64,000 nt of DNA, from positions 19,497 to 83,496 of the forward strand of contig BDTJ01000031.1 of the NCBI GenBank assembly GCA_002897655.1, written 5' to 3'. Each line of letters opens with the position of its first letter. Within the stretch, counting starts at the first letter, position 1. This document shows positions 60,518 through 64,000 of the stretch, piece by piece. This stretch comes from an archaeon BMS3Abin17 (GTDB lineage: Archaea; Nanobdellota; Nanobdellia; Pacearchaeales; GW2011-AR1). The translations under genes were made by a program, and so were the position numbers. Below the pieces are notes generated by a model. The model was not told the origin of the DNA, made no database searches, and was given only the letters and a program-made list of their open reading frames with translations.

Positions 60518-62224
60518 ATGAAAAATATGATAAGGGGAGGAATTTATTCAGTTTGTTTGGCTTTTTTGATTATTTCATCTATGAGTCTTATCTCTGCCCA
60601 AGAGATTACTCACATAATCTCCAATTCAGAAGACTGGAAAGATGTATATTCTGTAATTCATTATGCTAATCTAAAAAAGATTAGCAATGATTTTTTGGTA
60701 AGCACCAAACATGGTAGTGTATTATTAAATGGCCTAAAAAAAAATAAAGAGATTATGGTTATAAGTTCAAGAACTTCTCCTTTTGTAATAAATTATGATT
60801 CTGCAATAATTGATGCTGGATTTGCAGGAGCTGATGAGATAACTGTGGACAATGCAAATCTTGAATTAGTGGGGGACCTCCCTGATATCAAGGATTTTAT
60901 ATTTGTTGAAGGAACCTATGGTTATAATGCAATAGCAGTTGCCCCATATGCTGTCTTAACTAATTCATGGGTTTTTCAGGCAGATAGAGCAAATATTGAT
61001 GATATAGCGTCAATACTGGATTCAAGAAAGGTTGAGAACATAATGATTTATGGTTTTGTTGATAAAGAAGTTAAAAATGCTCTGGAAAAGTATAATCCAG
61101 AAGTGATTGATACAGGAGACAGATTCAAAGATGATATAGAAATAACAAAGAAATATCTGGGAAAAAAACCAGTAACACAGGTTATTCTGAGTAATGGCGA
61201 ATTTATAGAAAAAGAAATAATGTCTGGGTCCGGGCCAGTATTATTTACAGGGAAAGAAAATGTTCCTGACCAAATAAAAGAATATATAGAAGGTTCTGAT
61301 ATAGAAATTGGGGTATTGATTGGTGCAGATCTTGTTGGTGCTGCCACAAACATAAGAAGAAGCACAGGGATTAGTGTAATAGTTAAATTTGCCCGGGGAG
61401 CAAGAACTCAAACAGGGGGGATATCTGCAGTAGAAGGTTTAGATTTATTCTACCTTCCCATTCCAATAATGGAACTAGACCTTTACTCTGCTAAGTATAA
61501 CAGAGGCACATCACAGCTGGAATTAACATACCAAAGTAGTTCAAATATCCCGATTTTTTTTAAGGGTACTATAACTCCAAGAAGTGAATCAGAAAATAAG
61601 ATTAGAGTGGGGGATATAGAACCTGTATTCATAGCCCCTAATGATTTTAAAACAGTTGTGTATTCAGACATTGATTTCACTGAAGAAAAAATATTTGTAG
61701 ATGTGTTTGCTCTTTATGGAGATACCCCAACATCCTTGGAAAAGATATTGGAGAAAACCCTTGAAGTTGACATGATAAATATTATTGACAGGTGTAAAAT
61801 AGAGATAAAGGGGATTACATACTCCAAATCAAAAGATTCTTTTATTGTAAATATTAAAAATATCGGGGAGATTGATTGCTGGGCAGATGTTGAATTAAGC
61901 AAGGTGATTATAGGCGGGCGTGAGAAAACTCTCGGATCAGAAGGCTCTAAAAAAATAAACAGTGGAAAGAGTAAAAAGATAATAATAAAAGAAAAAATGG
62001 ACAATGAAGACCTGGAAGAAAATAATTTTGTAAATGTAATTGTATACTATGGTGAGAGGGAAAATAGCCTGGTAAAAATACTTAAGGGAAAATTTGAACT
62101 TGATGTTGAGTTTTTATCTTTTGCAACAATTGGAATCATAGTACTGATATTAATTATACTTTCATCTTTGATAATTTTGATTATTCTTTTTAAAAAAAGA
62201 AAAAAAGAAAATGATTTATGGTAA
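60518..62224 (+). CDS. Surface protein with a signal peptide and a C-terminal TM anchor
   Basis: The track ORF starts at 60434. Met29 gives MKNMIRGGIYSVCLAFLIISSMSLISAQE (signal peptide). C-terminal TM segment IGIIVLILIILSSLIILIILF followed by KKRKK. Confidence 0.6.
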   Translation: MKNMIRGGIYSVCLAFLIISSMSLISAQEITHIISNSEDWKDVYSVIHYANLKKISNDFLVSTKHGSVLLNGLKKNKEIMVISSRTSPFVINYDSAIIDAGFAGADEITVDNANLELVGDLPDIKDFIFVEGTYGYNAIAVAPYAVLTNSWVFQADRANIDDIASILDSRKVENIMIYGFVDKEVKNALEKYNPEVIDTGDRFKDDIEITKKYLGKKPVTQVILSNGEFIEKEIMSGSGPVLFTGKENVPDQIKEYIEGSDIEIGVLIGADLVGAATNIRRSTGISVIVKFARGARTQTGGISAVEGLDLFYLPIPIMELDLYSAKYNRGTSQLELTYQSSSNIPIFFKGTITPRSESENKIRVGDIEPVFIAPNDFKTVVYSDIDFTEEKIFVDVFALYGDTPTSLEKILEKTLEVDMINIIDRCKIEIKGITYSKSKDSFIVNIKNIGEIDCWADVELSKVIIGGREKTLGSEGSKKINSGKSKKIIIKEKMDNEDLEENNFVNVIVYYGERENSLVKILKGKFELDVEFLSFATIGIIVLILIILSSLIILIILFKKRKKENDLW

Positions 62225-62233
62225 TTAAATCTT

Positions 62234-62821
62234 TTATTCTTTTTCCAAAGAGTCTAAGCTCATGCTTACTTCAGACGTGATTTTCTTAATCTTATAGAAA
62301 TCTTGCTTATCATTAGTTGCATTAAAGAGTTTTATTTTTGGCGGAAGAGACATCACTTTAATATCTTCAATATAGGTATCTTTTCCTTTTTTCCTTAATG
62401 AACTAATTCTCTCTTTTAAGTCCCTGTACTCTAAATTCAAGGAGTTTATCAACTCTGCTCTTAGATTATTCATTAATTCATATTTTGTTCTGGATTTGTT
62501 AATCATTGCATCTATCTTTTTATCAACTAACTGTTCCCTTTCCTGATTTTTGTAATGCTCTATAAAAAGCTCGACTTGCTCATCATTAAGAATATGAAGA
62601 AGGTGAAAAAGCTCTTCAATATGTTCAAAATTCAGCAATTTTTTTATTTTTGATTCAGTTATAATTAATCTGGGCTTCCTTGTTTTCTGCACTGCTGATT
62701 TTTTCTTCTCTACTATCTTTTTAGATTTCTTAATTAATCCCTTATTTATTTTTTTTCTTACATTACTGCTTTTTTTTATCTTTGCACTGGAATTATTATT
62801 TCTCTTTAATATTTTTCTCAT
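62234..62821 (-). CDS. Basic coiled-coil protein (hypothetical), coupled to the upstream ATPase
   Basis: 195 aa. Lys-rich N-terminus, then predicted coiled coil. 4-nt overlap with the upstream gene. Confidence 0.45.
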   Translation of the reverse strand: MRKILKRNNNSSAKIKKSSNVRKKINKGLIKKSKKIVEKKKSAVQKTRKPRLIITESKIKKLLNFEHIEELFHLLHILNDEQVELFIEHYKNQEREQLVDKKIDAMINKSRTKYELMNNLRAELINSLNLEYRDLKERISSLRKKGKDTYIEDIKVMSLPPKIKLFNATNDKQDFYKIKKITSEVSMSLDSLEKE

Positions 62822-64000
62822 CTTTCACTCCTTTTTTTTTCTGTTGCTTTCTGAGACTGTGATTTGCAGAAATCCTCTATTATTTTAAACATATCTTCCT
62901 TATTTTTAATACCTTTTAATTTAGAGCCCAATTCAGGGGTTATTTCTTTAGATGCCCATGTTGAGATATCGTTCCTTTTTTCATTAACATGAAGGTTGAA
63001 TATTTCTTCATCAAGGTTAGGCAAAATTTCCCTTAGTTCGTTTAAACTTGAAACCATCATGCCATTATCAAAGGTTAATGGACTGACTATCTTTGAGAAC
63101 TTATCTTTCTCACTGACCTTCTCAATCTTTTTTTCTTCTATCTTTTTTTCCTGTTTCTCAAATTTTTTTCTTCCTTCTTTTGCCTGCTTTAATGAAATTG
63201 TCACATCTTTCTCACTCACTAAGTTTAACTCACGCTTCTTTGGTTTTTTCCCTATCTTTTCCCACTGTTTTTCTATTCTTGGTTTAAGACCTTCAAAATA
63301 TATATCAACTACTGTAAAATTTCCAACCATGAGTTTATTTTTAACGAGTTTAAGTTCCATAGTTAAATCAAAAGTGTCTACTTTTTCTTTTTCTAATTGT
63401 TCTATTTGATATTCCAAATCATCGATTGTCTCTCCATACTCATTGTATTTGTCAAGAACAGAGTCAGATAATCTTTTTGTAGTATGTAATATTGGCCTGA
63501 AGTTTATAAAATAAGGCCGGCCTTTATTGTACTTTGAGTTTACAAACATCCCAACACCAACAGATGCTTTAATTAAAGATTTAAGAAAATCTTCACCATA
63601 TTTTGTTTTAATCCTGTTTAGATCTGATTCATCTCTTGTCCTCATCTGAACCTCTGTATTTATGTTGGCCTTTATCTCCCCAACAAAATCAGAAAGCACT
63701 TGCGAAACAAGCATTATTCCCAATCCCCATTTTCTAAACTCCCTGCATGCTCTTTCTATTTGTAAAAAACCCTTTCCAGAACCTCCAAATTTTGGCAATA
63801 ACCTATGCACCTCATCAAAAACAATCATTACCTTTAATTCCGGGTGCTCCTGAGGATCTGATTTAAAGATAGAAGCTATAACTGTTGCTACAAAATTGTC
63901 TATTTGAGAAGGAGTTAGTTTATTTAATGTGAAAACCTGTATTTGGCCTGGATTTATATATTTTTTTATGTCTATTGCCTGTCTTTCATTTTTTATCTGC
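62818..64000 (-). CDS. HerA/FtsK-like P-loop ATPase (DUF87-type), 5' end outside the window, with a long charged C-terminal extension
   Basis: The frame stays open from 63828 to the window edge (my translation: ...PELKVMIVFDEVHRLL, a Walker B hhhhDE). LVSQVLSDF...TEVQMRTRDESD is typical of HerA-type ATPases. Confidence 0.6.
   Translation of the reverse strand, partial: QIKNERQAIDIKKYINPGQIQVFTLNKLTPSQIDNFVATVIASIFKSDPQEHPELKVMIVFDEVHRLLPKFGGSGKGFLQIERACREFRKWGLGIMLVSQVLSDFVGEIKANINTEVQMRTRDESDLNRIKTKYGEDFLKSLIKASVGVGMFVNSKYNKGRPYFINFRPILHTTKRLSDSVLDKYNEYGETIDDLEYQIEQLEKEKVDTFDLTMELKLVKNKLMVGNFTVVDIYFEGLKPRIEKQWEKIGKKPKKRELNLVSEKDVTISLKQAKEGRKKFEKQEKKIEEKKIEKVSEKDKFSKIVSPLTFDNGMMVSSLNELREILPNLDEEIFNLHVNEKRNDISTWASKEITPELGSKLKGIKNKEDMFKIIEDFCKSQSQKATEKKRSER

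Noticed and set aside
60498-60520. TTTATATAT as the TATA box for a leaderless 60518 start
   Set aside because: It is centred only about 16 nt upstream of the ATG, too close for the usual -26 spacing. I chose the start codon from the signal-peptide context instead, and make no promoter call.

Overview
This is an AT-rich archaeal chromosome segment (roughly 30% GC by eye). The information-processing genes are clearly archaeal: PCNA, Hjc resolvase, a fused PriS-PriL primase, Spt5, SecE, RpoP, eL43, uL11, prefoldin beta and FtsZ+SepF. The fused primase, a miniature archaeosortase, many class-III (prepilin-type) signal peptides and very large cysteine-rich surface proteins suggest a DPANN-type lineage (Pacearchaeota/Woesearchaeota-like); this placement is inference only. 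Coding density is high and I see no rRNA or CRISPR array. One tRNA-Pro(UGG) is present. Five regions stand out. (1) Positions 200-4138 hold an array of GC-enriched, hairpin-forming repeat modules that show stem covariation. They separate unrelated small ORFs and abut a tyrosine recombinase, so this is either an integron-like cassette array or a new structured-RNA/ssDNA element family. (2) Positions 33036-37182 form a translationally coupled four-gene operon: an AsnRS/AsnA-like class II core, a SAM methyltransferase, a divergent ProRS-like class IIa enzyme and an MccF/LD-carboxypeptidase-like S66 hydrolase. (3) Positions 22509-32985 carry two tandem paralogous modules, each a pilin-like protein followed by a giant Cys-rich membrane protein. 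The second module is interrupted by an orphan nucleotidyltransferase and its giant gene is split in two. (4) Positions 37363-39960 are a four-gene pilin-like operon. (5) A RelE/antitoxin cassette is flanked by a ~30-bp direct repeat that duplicates the 3' end of the primase gene. All functional calls rest on motif recognition in the supplied translations; no database search was possible.
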